The notes under the pieces were generated by a model that was not told where the DNA came from, searched no databases, and was given only the letters and a program-made list of their open reading frames with translations. A stretch of 64,000 bases of DNA from Eubacterium sp. GTDB lineage: Bacteria; Bacillota; Clostridia; Oscillospirales; Acutalibacteraceae. Positions 39,904 through 49,561 of the stretch are shown here, in pieces. The stretch covers positions 1,389 through 65,388 of the forward strand of contig JBJEPK010000010.1 of NCBI GenBank assembly GCA_051881195.1, read 5' to 3'. The position numbers and the translations under genes are program-made. Position 1 is the stretch's first letter. Each line of letters opens with the position of its first letter.

Positions 39904-41076
39904 ATGCAAGAAATAGTACTAATCAAAAACGGAGAACTGGTGCTCAAGGGTCTCAATCGCTGCACCTTTGAGGACATACTAATAAAGAATATGCGCAAAG
40001 CTCTGAGCAGAATAGGAGAATTCAAGTTCAAAAAGAGCCAATCCACAATTATGGTGCAGCCCGTGGAGGAGGACACCGACCTTGACGACGCCGTAGAGGC
40101 ACTAAAAAAGGTGTTCGGTATTGCCGCATTATCAAGAGCAGCCATTGCCGAAAAGGATATGAAGTCCATAACAGAGACAGCTCTGGAATACCTGACAGAG
40201 GAACTGGAATACGCACGCACCTTTAAGGTGGAGGCTAAGCGCAGTGACAAAAAATTCCCTATGAAATCGCCGGAGATTTGTCGTGAATTAGGTGGCAGTA
40301 TTCTGTCCAAATTCCATCACCTAAAGGTGGATGTGCACAATCCGGACATCACTGTAACAGTGGAGGTAAGGGACAACTTTGCATTCATCAGAGGCAATAA
40401 CATCAAGGGTGCCGGTGGCATGCCGGTGGGTACCAGTGGCAGAGCCGCCACCCTGATTAGCGGCGGTATTGACTCCCCTGTTGCATCCTACATGATGGCA
40501 AAGAGGGGTATTGAATTGGTTGCCGTGCACTTTGCATCACCACCATATACCACCGAATTGGCAGAACAAAAGGTAATGGATTTGCTGCGCAAGGTGGCAG
40601 CATACTCAGGGCCAATCACGACGTATATCGTTCCATTCACAAAGCTGCAGGAAGAAATACGCGACAAATGTCCCGAAGTATATTTCACCATAATAATGAG
40701 AAGATATATGATGAGAATTGCCGAAAAACTGGCAAGGCACCAAAACTGCAGTGCTCTCATCACCGGAGAAAGCGTCGGACAGGTTGCCAGCCAGACAATA
40801 TATGCTCTGGGATGCACTGATGCAGTAGCAACAATGCCTGTGTTCAGACCGTGTATCGGTATGGACAAGGACGAAATCATCACCATATCCCGCAAAATTG
40901 ACACATTTGAAACATCTATTCAACCCTATGAGGACTGCTGTACCGTATTCACACCAAAGCACCCAAAAACCCGTCCGTCACCGGCAGAGATTGAGGAGGC
41001 TGAGGCAGTACTGAATACGGACGCACTCATCCAAGAAGCAATAGACAACGTGAGAAAAGTGGTAATCCATGGATAA
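39904..41076 (+). CDS. thiI: tRNA 4-thiouridine synthase
   Basis: GELVLKGLNR, THUMP domain, SGGIDS PP-loop, GQVASQT and EDCCTVF motifs. Confidence 0.96.
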   Translation: MQEIVLIKNGELVLKGLNRCTFEDILIKNMRKALSRIGEFKFKKSQSTIMVQPVEEDTDLDDAVEALKKVFGIAALSRAAIAEKDMKSITETALEYLTEELEYARTFKVEAKRSDKKFPMKSPEICRELGGSILSKFHHLKVDVHNPDITVTVEVRDNFAFIRGNNIKGAGGMPVGTSGRAATLISGGIDSPVASYMMAKRGIELVAVHFASPPYTTELAEQKVMDLLRKVAAYSGPITTYIVPFTKLQEEIRDKCPEVYFTIIMRRYMMRIAEKLARHQNCSALITGESVGQVASQTIYALGCTDAVATMPVFRPCIGMDKDEIITISRKIDTFETSIQPYEDCCTVFTPKHPKTRPSPAEIEEAEAVLNTDALIQEAIDNVRKVVIHG

Positions 41077-42166
41077 CAAAGAACTAGACGAAATACTGGA
41101 ATCAATAAAGAACAAAGATAAAACTGTAAACAGCAGGCTGGACCAACAACCGTTGCCACCCCCAATGCCAAAGGTGGTGGAGGAAAAGCCGATAGAGCCC
41201 ATTGCTCCGCCGGAAAGAAAAGTCACCACACCTGCGCCACATTCTGTTGATATAAACAGCGAACCCATCCCGGAAACGGTACCTGACCCTACTCCGTTAA
41301 AGAAAAGGCTGGGTGATGTAGCAGCAAAGGGCATAAGGAAAAACGCAAAAATCATTGGCATCATCATCCTAGTGGTGATAATAATTGCCGGAGCAACTGT
41401 GGGCGGCGTAAGGTACAGCCAAACAGCATACCTGCGCCCGTATCAGCAAAAGTACGGAATCAAGTATCCAAAAGGAATACTGGAAAGCTTTTGTGACCAA
41501 TACGGCAAGGAGCAAAAGACGGTGGGCAAAATCTCTGCTCCCGACATTGACGCCACACAGTATGTTACTAGCAGAGTGATAACCGGATATTCCAATCTTG
41601 AAAAAGATACCAGCATACTCAAAAACCAGCAGTTCAAGGCAATTAGGCTAACCGATGAATTTGCAAAGCTGGAGGACACATATTCAACTCCAAAGGGATA
41701 TTTGGACTCCGGCCAAAAAATCGAGTTCACCACTCTGTACCAAAAATACACATACCAGGTAATCGCAGTCTTTTACACCAACATCGACCCAAAGGACGAC
41801 AATGATTACTGCTTTAATTACCGATTTGCAGGAGACCTGACGGAAGAAAGCTTTGTGCAATACAGGGACCGTATTCAGCACCGTGCACTGTACACAACCG
41901 AGGACACACTGCCATATACTCATAACTATTTAACATTATCTATTGACAGCCATGTTATGGAGAACTACAGATTTGTATTACTGTGCAAAGAAGTTGAGCC
42001 CCAATTCAAATTATACAAACAGGCCGTCCCCAACGAAAAGATACACTATCCCCAAAACTACTATGATGCCAACGGTGAGAGAAATCCATACCGTTTCGCC
42101 AGCAAATGGTACCCAACCATATACACTGACGAAAAGCATACCGTCACAAAAACCATAAAGCAATAA
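41069..42166 (+). CDS. Degenerate class B sortase-like membrane protein
   Basis: Pro-rich N-terminus, TM, IEFTTLY..YQVIAVF, YLTLSID..YRFVLL (canonical TLSTC...R). Confidence 0.62.
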   Translation: MDNKELDEILESIKNKDKTVNSRLDQQPLPPPMPKVVEEKPIEPIAPPERKVTTPAPHSVDINSEPIPETVPDPTPLKKRLGDVAAKGIRKNAKIIGIIILVVIIIAGATVGGVRYSQTAYLRPYQQKYGIKYPKGILESFCDQYGKEQKTVGKISAPDIDATQYVTSRVITGYSNLEKDTSILKNQQFKAIRLTDEFAKLEDTYSTPKGYLDSGQKIEFTTLYQKYTYQVIAVFYTNIDPKDDNDYCFNYRFAGDLTEESFVQYRDRIQHRALYTTEDTLPYTHNYLTLSIDSHVMENYRFVLLCKEVEPQFKLYKQAVPNEKIHYPQNYYDANGERNPYRFASKWYPTIYTDEKHTVTKTIKQ

Positions 42167-42168
42167 TT

Positions 42169-42195
42169 AAAGCGACGAGCATGGCTCGTCGCTTT
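42169..42195. terminator. Bidirectional terminator
   Basis: AAAGCGACGAGC/GCTCGTCGCTTT between convergent genes. Confidence 0.75.
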
Positions 42196-42200
42196 GTTAT

Positions 42201-42914
42201 TTAGTGTCTTGTTTCGTCTGTATATTGCTCGCACCAGCGAGCCATAAATGACGGCTCCTCGCCGCCTGCATAGAGATGTCCCAAATCGCCGTACTGAATA
42301 CAGGTGAATATCGCTTTGCCCTGCTCCCGTTCCTGAGTAGCCAAACGAGTAACAGAGGTTGGCAACGCCACAAAATTATGCCACATAATCATAGGCGATA
42401 CGCTGAATATTCGTGACAAAATAACCGATTCCACACCGAAATGGCAGAATATCAATATCTTGTCGGCATTAGGATTAACTGCCTTGTACATTCTGCCCTC
42501 ACGGACATACCCATGCTTTGCAAGAAGCTTATCAACTCCCTTGCACACTCGGTTGTAATGGCGCTTAACATCGCCATCCTTCATAAGGTCAACATCCAGC
42601 CAATTATCAAAATCATAGTACTCGTCAATACGAGTCCAGTAATCCGGCTTTCTGTCCCAGCAGTTGGTACGCTCAGGATCCTTGACCGTACCCCTAAATT
42701 CTCGTAGCCAATCGTATGTCTTTGCCTTTTTTCCAATTTTGTCCAAGGTATAGGACGCTGTCTTTTTTGCTCTGCCAAGCGGAGAACAGTAGATTGCCGA
42801 GAACTCCTGCTTCGCCAGTCTGTCTGCCAATAGCTTTGCCTCGCGCTCACCCTTTTCGGTTATGCTATCGTGCTCATAATCAGGGTCTGCGTGGCGTACA
42901 ATCCATATTTCCAT
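42201..42914 (-). CDS. Histidine phosphatase (phosphoglycerate mutase-like) family protein
   Basis: VRHAD, SPLGRA..TA, LRE and FCHFG motifs. Confidence 0.88.
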   Translation of the reverse strand: MEIWIVRHADPDYEHDSITEKGEREAKLLADRLAKQEFSAIYCSPLGRAKKTASYTLDKIGKKAKTYDWLREFRGTVKDPERTNCWDRKPDYWTRIDEYYDFDNWLDVDLMKDGDVKRHYNRVCKGVDKLLAKHGYVREGRMYKAVNPNADKILIFCHFGVESVILSRIFSVSPMIMWHNFVALPTSVTRLATQEREQGKAIFTCIQYGDLGHLYAGGEEPSFMARWCEQYTDETRH

Positions 42915-43390
42915 TATTCCTCAGTCTCTTCTGCCACAGGGTACACAAGGTCCTCCCTGGTCCAATCCTTGATTACCTCAAGAAAAGCCCTAGCCTCCTC
43001 CTTTGCCTGTGGCAAATTATGATCAAGACAGTTGCCACACTCGTTATGTCTGGCACCGGGAATAGTGCCCCAAAAGTCAGCAATGTATTGGAACGCGTCC
43101 TTGATTAATTGGATAGAATAATTATCACTCAGATTGCGAGTTAAGAAGTAAAATCCTGTGCGACAACCCATAGGACCGAAATAAATAATATTGTCACCAA
43201 ATTCGGTATTGCGAACATAGGTTGCAAAAATATGCTCGATTGTATGGAGCGCCGAATTGGTCATAACCGGCTCTCTGTTGGGCTCCTTAACACGAATATC
43301 ATAGGTGGTAATATCATCGTCAATACGACTTATATATATTCCTCTCTTCAAAATATCGTGGTCAATCTCAAAACTAGGTATCATTTTCAT
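42914..43390 (-). CDS. luxS: S-ribosylhomocysteine lyase
   Basis: SFEIDH, HTIEH, GPMGCRTGFY and ECGN motifs. Confidence 0.95.
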   Translation of the reverse strand: MKMIPSFEIDHDILKRGIYISRIDDDITTYDIRVKEPNREPVMTNSALHTIEHIFATYVRNTEFGDNIIYFGPMGCRTGFYFLTRNLSDNYSIQLIKDAFQYIADFWGTIPGARHNECGNCLDHNLPQAKEEARAFLEVIKDWTREDLVYPVAEETEE

Positions 43391-43394
43391 ATTA

Positions 43395-44330
43395 TTACGC
43401 CTCAATTCCTGTCAAAAATGAAATATTTTTTGTTAATTCATAGCCATCCATAGCACCATCCAGCACATCTTGAAATCCGGTCAAAAGCATTTCTGCCTCC
43501 GGAATTGCACGGTTGTACAACTCAAAAAAGCTCTCGTTTCGCTGAACATCCGGCTGATATGGTGAAAGCCAGGCCTTATGTTCTATATTAGCATACTTTT
43601 TTGCTTTTTCCAAGTCCCTGGGATTAATATGTGCAGTAAGTCGGTAATTTTTTACTATAGGAGCAACAATGGTTTCCAATATTCTGCATCTTCGTGTAAG
43701 CTTGCCGGAAAAATCCCGCAAAGTATTTTGGAACCAAACCAAGTCCTTAACGGTATTAGCCACATCGTGGTAGGTTGCAGAACAATCGGTAACCCGAGGA
43801 ATCACAAACTGCAGCAATCTCGACACCTCGGCCACCTCTACATCGTCCAAAGCGATAGTGGCAGCGCCATCAAACTGATACGGTATATCATAACCCAGCT
43901 TTTCTTTTATCATACAGGTATCCATGGAATGTTCGATAGTGTTGTGAGCAGTGCTACCGTTGACAAACTTGCCATTGCCCACCAATTCCTCCTGTTTGGC
44001 ATAAACATAGGGATGGCAGGTACGGTCCAATGCATAATGCATAATAAAGCCGTAGATATACGACATGGCAATGTCTGTATCATGACTTTCCTTTATGTAA
44101 TCACGAAAAGCATCAATTATATCACCGGCTCTGGCATTATGTAAGGCCACGCCCTTGGCTGCCTGGGGCTTGCCGGGCATATAGACAGGCAGTAATCTGC
44201 CGAAAAAGAATATATCCGGTCCCTGAGCACCCAACGCCATAACATTGAGATGGATACTAAAACGGACATTATCCTCAATCCACGGAAGCATATCCCTCAT
44301 AAACAAATAATGTGTAGCAAAAGCAGGCAT
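43395..44330 (-). CDS. Zinc-dependent phospholipase C family protein
   Basis: MPAFATH, GAQGPD, HYALDRTCHPYV and H..IE motifs. Confidence 0.8.
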   Translation of the reverse strand: MPAFATHYLFMRDMLPWIEDNVRFSIHLNVMALGAQGPDIFFFGRLLPVYMPGKPQAAKGVALHNARAGDIIDAFRDYIKESHDTDIAMSYIYGFIMHYALDRTCHPYVYAKQEELVGNGKFVNGSTAHNTIEHSMDTCMIKEKLGYDIPYQFDGAATIALDDVEVAEVSRLLQFVIPRVTDCSATYHDVANTVKDLVWFQNTLRDFSGKLTRRCRILETIVAPIVKNYRLTAHINPRDLEKAKKYANIEHKAWLSPYQPDVQRNESFFELYNRAIPEAEMLLTGFQDVLDGAMDGYELTKNISFLTGIEA

Positions 44331-44334
44331 ATAG

Positions 44335-45186
44335 TCATCCTTTCATTAGATTTTTCATATCCGAAGGAAACGGAGAGGTAATATGAATATCCTCCCCGGT
44401 AATAGGATGGGTAAAATATATGTCGCCACAATGGAGCGCTTGACGGTTAATTAAATCAGTACTGCCATCGTAAAGACTATCCCCCAACAATGGGTGTCCT
44501 ATATAGGACATGTGGACTCTAATCTGATGAGTACGACCGGTAAGCAACTTAAATCGCACCAGGCTATACTCCCCATACTGTGCCAAGGGATAATATCGGG
44601 TCACTGCGTATTCGCCATCGGTACTGACTCTGCGCTTTATAATACTGTCGCCACATCTACTGACAGGTGCGTCCACTACACCGGGCTCATCCACAACACC
44701 CGACACCAGGGCATAATAGTCCTTGTCTATTTTACCTGCCAGCTTGGAGGCTGCCAACTCGTGTTTAGCAACCAGCACGGCGCCACTGGTATCCCTGTCC
44801 AGCCTGAACACCGCCCTAAATGCAGTATCCTGTTCAACATGATATGCCACAAAATTGGACAAAGTATCACCGATATGATTACGGCTCTCGTGCACCGGAA
44901 TAAAAGGGGGCTTATCCAGCACGAGAATATCCTCATCCTCATATAAAACATCTATATCCATCTCTGTTGGTGACGGCATGTGGCCGCTGCTATCAATAGT
45001 AATCCTCAAGACATCACCGGAATATACAGTATCTATCGTTCTGGCAAAGGAGCCGTTGACAGCAATACCGTCCCGGCTATGCTTCAGCTTGACTAACAGA
45101 GAGGATGACACTCCAAAATCCCGAAGAAAATCCTTAATTCTCCTGCCGTTATCCCTGTTTTCTACAACAAACTCTAGTATTCTCAT
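44335..45186 (-). CDS. RluA-family pseudouridine synthase
   Basis: RLDRDTSG, TGRTHQIRVH and HPLLGD motifs. Confidence 0.93.
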   Translation of the reverse strand: MRILEFVVENRDNGRRIKDFLRDFGVSSSLLVKLKHSRDGIAVNGSFARTIDTVYSGDVLRITIDSSGHMPSPTEMDIDVLYEDEDILVLDKPPFIPVHESRNHIGDTLSNFVAYHVEQDTAFRAVFRLDRDTSGAVLVAKHELAASKLAGKIDKDYYALVSGVVDEPGVVDAPVSRCGDSIIKRRVSTDGEYAVTRYYPLAQYGEYSLVRFKLLTGRTHQIRVHMSYIGHPLLGDSLYDGSTDLINRQALHCGDIYFTHPITGEDIHITSPFPSDMKNLMKG

Positions 45187-45228
45187 AACAAAAAGCTGTG
45201 GTGAGCTACTGCCCACCACACGAAAAAA

Positions 45229-46083
45229 TTATTTTGTGTATGATGCCACAATACCACCATTACTCATATAAACGGTATTGAGACCACTGGCTTTGACTAT
45301 TTCTACCGAGCCAAATTTAGCATAAGCGCTGATTTTTTCTGCAACAAACTGTGCTCTCTCCGGACAACACACATGGGTAATTATCAGTCGCTTGTGGGAA
45401 AGGTCAGAATCCGTTACATCCTCACCAATAATAGAAGCCATCTTGGTGAGTGCTCTGTTCATAGATAATTCCTGACCTGACAGCTTGATGTTGCCATCGC
45501 AGGCATGCAAAATCAGTCTAACTCTCAACTTTTTCAACAATCCGGTAGCAAGGGCAAAAAGCCTGCCGTTATTCTTAAGCACATCCAAAGACTCAAGGCA
45601 AAAGAACAATTTGCTTCTATTGACAATCAAGTCCTCAACATCCTCTACCACCTGTTCAAAAGGAACGCCATCGGATGCTAGCTCATGGATTCGCTCGGCA
45701 ATAAGACTCTCAACACCTGCTGTTGCAAGGGAGTTGAATATATGGATATTCTTCGCTCCGCCGTGCTCCTCCTCAAATATAGCCTTGCCCTGGAGTGCGC
45801 TGTTGTATGTGCCGGACAGCTTGTCGGTAATGGTGATAACATAAACATCATCCTCATCACAATCAAAAGCAGTTGCCCATGCGTCAGGAGAAGGACAGGC
45901 GCTCTTGGCTGTATCCGATGACGCCGTCATTCTGCCCACAAAGTCATCCTGGTCAAAATTCTCATCATCAGGAATAACATAATCTCCAATTGATAAAGTC
46001 AATGGCACAAATGTAATATTATCAAATTTGTTGATAATCTCGGTTCTGTCACAGCAACTATCGGCAACAATCCTAAAACTCAT
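45229..46083 (-). CDS. DegV family fatty-acid-binding protein
   Basis: IVADSCCD, KSACPSP, KLSGTYNSA and L..L..NGR motifs. Confidence 0.9.
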   Translation of the reverse strand: MSFRIVADSCCDRTEIINKFDNITFVPLTLSIGDYVIPDDENFDQDDFVGRMTASSDTAKSACPSPDAWATAFDCDEDDVYVITITDKLSGTYNSALQGKAIFEEEHGGAKNIHIFNSLATAGVESLIAERIHELASDGVPFEQVVEDVEDLIVNRSKLFFCLESLDVLKNNGRLFALATGLLKKLRVRLILHACDGNIKLSGQELSMNRALTKMASIIGEDVTDSDLSHKRLIITHVCCPERAQFVAEKISAYAKFGSVEIVKASGLNTVYMSNGGIVASYTK

Positions 46084-46172
46084 AATAATTCTTACCCTTC
46101 AATAAAGTTTAACTAATTATACTATAATACAAACAAATTAGTCAACAAAATAATATCTGTATCAAAACAAGT

Positions 46173-48572
46173 TTACAAACTAAAATGCCTAATCTTGCTT
46201 ATCATAGCCACAAAACAGCCCCAAATAATCTGGAAGCTGAGAATACTGAAAGTGCTGATTTGACTGAATCCGCCAACAAATGACAGCACGGTAACAGCAC
46301 AGAATCCAAGCACGCTGCCGAAGCTAAGCAAAAATGATAACAATGCTTTTGAGCTTACAATAATACCTGCTGCTCGCATTGCAGATACAAAACCCTTGGC
46401 TGTACCATTATGCACAACATAGGCAGGTGACTTTTCTACACTGAGGTTGGAGTACTTGTCGTACACTCTTGCAGAGGAATGATTCATCACCCTAATAAAT
46501 CCCATAGGCAGGCCATACAACTGAGCAAGGCTCTCCTCATTTATATATGGGTCACAGCTCTTTACGATAACAGTAATTCCTGTTTTTTCCAGTTTCTTAA
46601 GCTCTCGCTTCAAGTCAGGGTCGGCACTGTATGCTACCACAAACATAGCCATAATCTTGCCGTTAACGGCAAGGTATAGCGCCTTCCTGTCCTTTATGGT
46701 ATATTTTTGCTCAAAGCTTTCTTTTGGGACACTGCACCCGTGACTGCGCAACAGGTCGCGATTGCCAACCAGCACCTTGCGTCCGTATATCCAGGCGGAT
46801 GTACCCATCTTGTCCTCGTAGGTAATGCCCTCCACCTTTGGCAAAATAGATTGCTTTCCTATAATAACATCGTCAAAAACATGCGCCAACGGGCTGTTAG
46901 TCTGTATCATAACGGCAGCGGCCAATATGATAGCCTCGTCAACCTTTGCGTTATTAAAAGTCTTTATGCCCAGCAGGTCACAACTGTTTTTGCCAAACAA
47001 ATCTGCGCCTGACATAACCATAGCGTCACCGCTGCTGGCCATCTCTGCACCCTCAAATCCACAAACTCTGGAGCCGAATCTATCAAGACCGGATGATATA
47101 TCCCCCAACAAACTGTTTGTCAAAAACAACGCCGAAACTGGTATCGACACACTAAATGAACAAACAGCAACATTAATTCCGGTATTTATGTCGTCTATGA
47201 TACCCACCACTATCATAAGAATCACGCTCAGCAACGCCATAACGCCACTGACGATAACGCTGACTCTATTGGCAGGCTCATCCTTGCAGGAAATCTCCAA
47301 AAAATTGGTTGCAAAATCAGTCTTAACACTGGTCTTGATTACAACGTCATCTCCCTCGATAACACCACGACTGATAACATCCGCATCCACACGATTGGCA
47401 ATATTCTCTACTGTATATTGCTCCTTAGAATGAGTGATGAATTCAAAATTATCTATTACTCTTGACATCATCCGGTGCTTGCCCAACTGGGACATAAACA
47501 GCGCAAAGGATGCAACGGGCGTCAACAAAACGCCATTGTCTATCCACAAACTCTCATGCACCAGACAAGCGACGGTATGCGCCAGCACAACCAATGACAA
47601 AATCGACATAGATAGGTCAAAGGTGAGCCCTCTTTTAAGATTAAAACCGTGAATAAACACGTTATAGTTAACTACAGCAGTAGCCACAAGCAGCACCAAC
47701 TGGGTTACAAAAAAAGCAGTATGCCCGGACAATGCAGTAGGAAAGAATGCACTGTCCTTGAACAAAGCCATCAGCAACATAGGAACGCCCAGCAATACTG
47801 TAGAAATCAGTTTTAGGCTGATTGAGTACTTTTTTGACATAAGGACGGACAAAAAATCTGCCTTTTGGTCCACATCCTCATACTCATCCTCCAGGTTGTT
47901 GTTACCCAGGTCCATATCGGTCTCGTCCGGGCCGAAAAGACGGAACTTGCCCACCTTCTCCCGGCGACGTTGCTCCAGTAATTGCTCTGCCACATTCTCA
48001 TCAATCTTTTGGACCTCATCAATAGTATCCTCAAATCCGTCAAAGCTTATCTGCACACCAATCTCCTCATCAGGTGTACCATCGAATTCGTCATAAATAT
48101 GCTCCCTGGATACTATGGTAGGGATGCTTTGCAGGTCACTAGCCTCGTCAACCTTTGGGTTGGTGCTGAATACCATAGGACGGGTCTTGCCATCTGCATT
48201 GTCATTTTTTGTAACAGCCTTGACATCCCGGTCATCCGATGAAATAGCTCTTGTTTTGTCATCCACTGCAGGAGCTATCTTAACATCCGCATCGTCCTTT
48301 GGCTTTTTTACAGATGGAAAACGAATGGTCTGCGTCTTTTCTTTTATTGACTTTTGGGATGGCTTAGGAACATATTCCTTTACGTCAGGCTCCTCTTTAA
48401 TTTTTTCTTCTACGCTGCGCCTAACATCGTCGCTAACCACATCAACCCGGTCTATTGCAACTTTTGCCTTTTCTTGGAGGTTATGCTCCGCAGCGGCCAA
48501 CTGTCGCTCAGCCTCTGCCTTAATCTCCTCGGCTCGCTTCAATAACTCCTCTATCGACAAATTATCGCTCAT
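46173..48572 (-). CDS. Degenerate P1B-type ATPase-like membrane protein
   Basis: Long acidic N-terminus, multiple TMs, N/P-domain-like remnants (SPLA, GRKVLVGNRDLL, LYLAVNGK, LEKTGITVIVKSCDP); no DKTGT or TGES. Confidence 0.65.
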   Translation of the reverse strand: MSDNLSIEELLKRAEEIKAEAERQLAAAEHNLQEKAKVAIDRVDVVSDDVRRSVEEKIKEEPDVKEYVPKPSQKSIKEKTQTIRFPSVKKPKDDADVKIAPAVDDKTRAISSDDRDVKAVTKNDNADGKTRPMVFSTNPKVDEASDLQSIPTIVSREHIYDEFDGTPDEEIGVQISFDGFEDTIDEVQKIDENVAEQLLEQRRREKVGKFRLFGPDETDMDLGNNNLEDEYEDVDQKADFLSVLMSKKYSISLKLISTVLLGVPMLLMALFKDSAFFPTALSGHTAFFVTQLVLLVATAVVNYNVFIHGFNLKRGLTFDLSMSILSLVVLAHTVACLVHESLWIDNGVLLTPVASFALFMSQLGKHRMMSRVIDNFEFITHSKEQYTVENIANRVDADVISRGVIEGDDVVIKTSVKTDFATNFLEISCKDEPANRVSVIVSGVMALLSVILMIVVGIIDDINTGINVAVCSFSVSIPVSALFLTNSLLGDISSGLDRFGSRVCGFEGAEMASSGDAMVMSGADLFGKNSCDLLGIKTFNNAKVDEAIILAAAVMIQTNSPLAHVFDDVIIGKQSILPKVEGITYEDKMGTSAWIYGRKVLVGNRDLLRSHGCSVPKESFEQKYTIKDRKALYLAVNGKIMAMFVVAYSADPDLKRELKKLEKTGITVIVKSCDPYINEESLAQLYGLPMGFIRVMNHSSARVYDKYSNLSVEKSPAYVVHNGTAKGFVSAMRAAGIIVSSKALLSFLLSFGSVLGFCAVTVLSFVGGFSQISTFSILSFQIIWGCFVAMISKIRHFSL

Positions 48573-48599
48573 TTATCTCTCCATCACTATAACGGCTCG

Positions 48600-49352
48600 T
48601 TAGTCCAATCTCTGGCGAGCAATTTCATACATCAAAACACCTGCTGCCACAGAAGCGTTGAGTGAATTAACCCTGCCCAGCATTGGCAAACTGACAGTAA
48701 TGTCGCACTTTTCTTTTACTAATCTGCCAACACCGTTACCCTCGCTGCCAACAACCAGAGCAACACCGCCGGAAAAATCTGTTTTGTCCCAACGCTGCCC
48801 GTCCATATCTGCGGCATATACCCATATATTCTTTTTCTTCAATTCTACAATAGTAGCAGCCAAATTTGTTACTCTTGCCACCGGCATATACTCCAGGGCA
48901 CCGCAAGAGGTCTTGGCTACAATATAATTCAGACCTACGTTGCGTCGCTTAGGAATGATAATACCATGGGCCCCGCATGCCTCGGCAGTACGAATAATAG
49001 CACCTAAATTATGGCTGTCTTCAATCTCATCACAAATGATAAGAAACGGAGCTTCCCCCTTTTTTTCTGCATTGTCCAAAATATCCTCCACAGAAGAATA
49101 CTGATGTGCCGGTACATTGGCCACAACGCCCTGATGATTACCACCGGGCGCCATAAAATCCAGCTTTTTTCTGTCAACATTCTTGACAACTATTTTTTTC
49201 TCCTTGCACAGAGCGATAATACGGTTAATTGAGCCCTCGCGCTCTCCCTTGGCAACCAGGACATTCTCTACTTCTCTATCACTCTTAAGCAATTCAATAA
49301 CAGCATTTCTGCCTATAACCAATGAATCATTAGTACCATTATCTCTATCCAT
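48600..49352 (-). CDS. rlmB: 23S rRNA Gm2251 methyltransferase (TrmH/SpoU family)
   Basis: HQGVVA, NLGAIIRTA, GSEGNG and SLNASVA motifs. Confidence 0.93.
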   Translation of the reverse strand: MDRDNGTNDSLVIGRNAVIELLKSDREVENVLVAKGEREGSINRIIALCKEKKIVVKNVDRKKLDFMAPGGNHQGVVANVPAHQYSSVEDILDNAEKKGEAPFLIICDEIEDSHNLGAIIRTAEACGAHGIIIPKRRNVGLNYIVAKTSCGALEYMPVARVTNLAATIVELKKKNIWVYAADMDGQRWDKTDFSGGVALVVGSEGNGVGRLVKEKCDITVSLPMLGRVNSLNASVAAGVLMYEIARQRLD

Positions 49353-49424
49353 AAAATACCTACCAATATTAATTAATTATATTATAACAAAAACTTACTA
49401 CCGATACAACAGAAAAAAGAAAAA

Positions 49425-49448
49425 TCCTTGTGTCGTGTGACACAAGGA
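49425..49448 (-). terminator. Terminator after pgm and the small peptide gene
   Basis: TCCTTGTGTC/GACACAAGGA stem followed by a T-tract on the minus strand. Confidence 0.78.
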
Positions 49449-49456
49449 CTAATCCG

Positions 49457-49552
49457 TCAATTGATAAAAGCAAATACGCCGGCAGTGAGACCGCTGAGCG
49501 CCATAAGCACTGCCAGAATAATGGCAGTAATTTTTACCCAAGTTCTGTTCAT
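49457..49552 (-). CDS. 31-aa single-TM small protein (not in the ORF track)
   Basis: MNRTWVKITAIILAVLMALSGLTAGVFAFIN; AAGGAG RBS overlapping the pgm stop; terminator follows immediately. Confidence 0.75.
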   Translation of the reverse strand: MNRTWVKITAIILAVLMALSGLTAGVFAFIN

Positions 49553-49561
49553 AATATCTCC

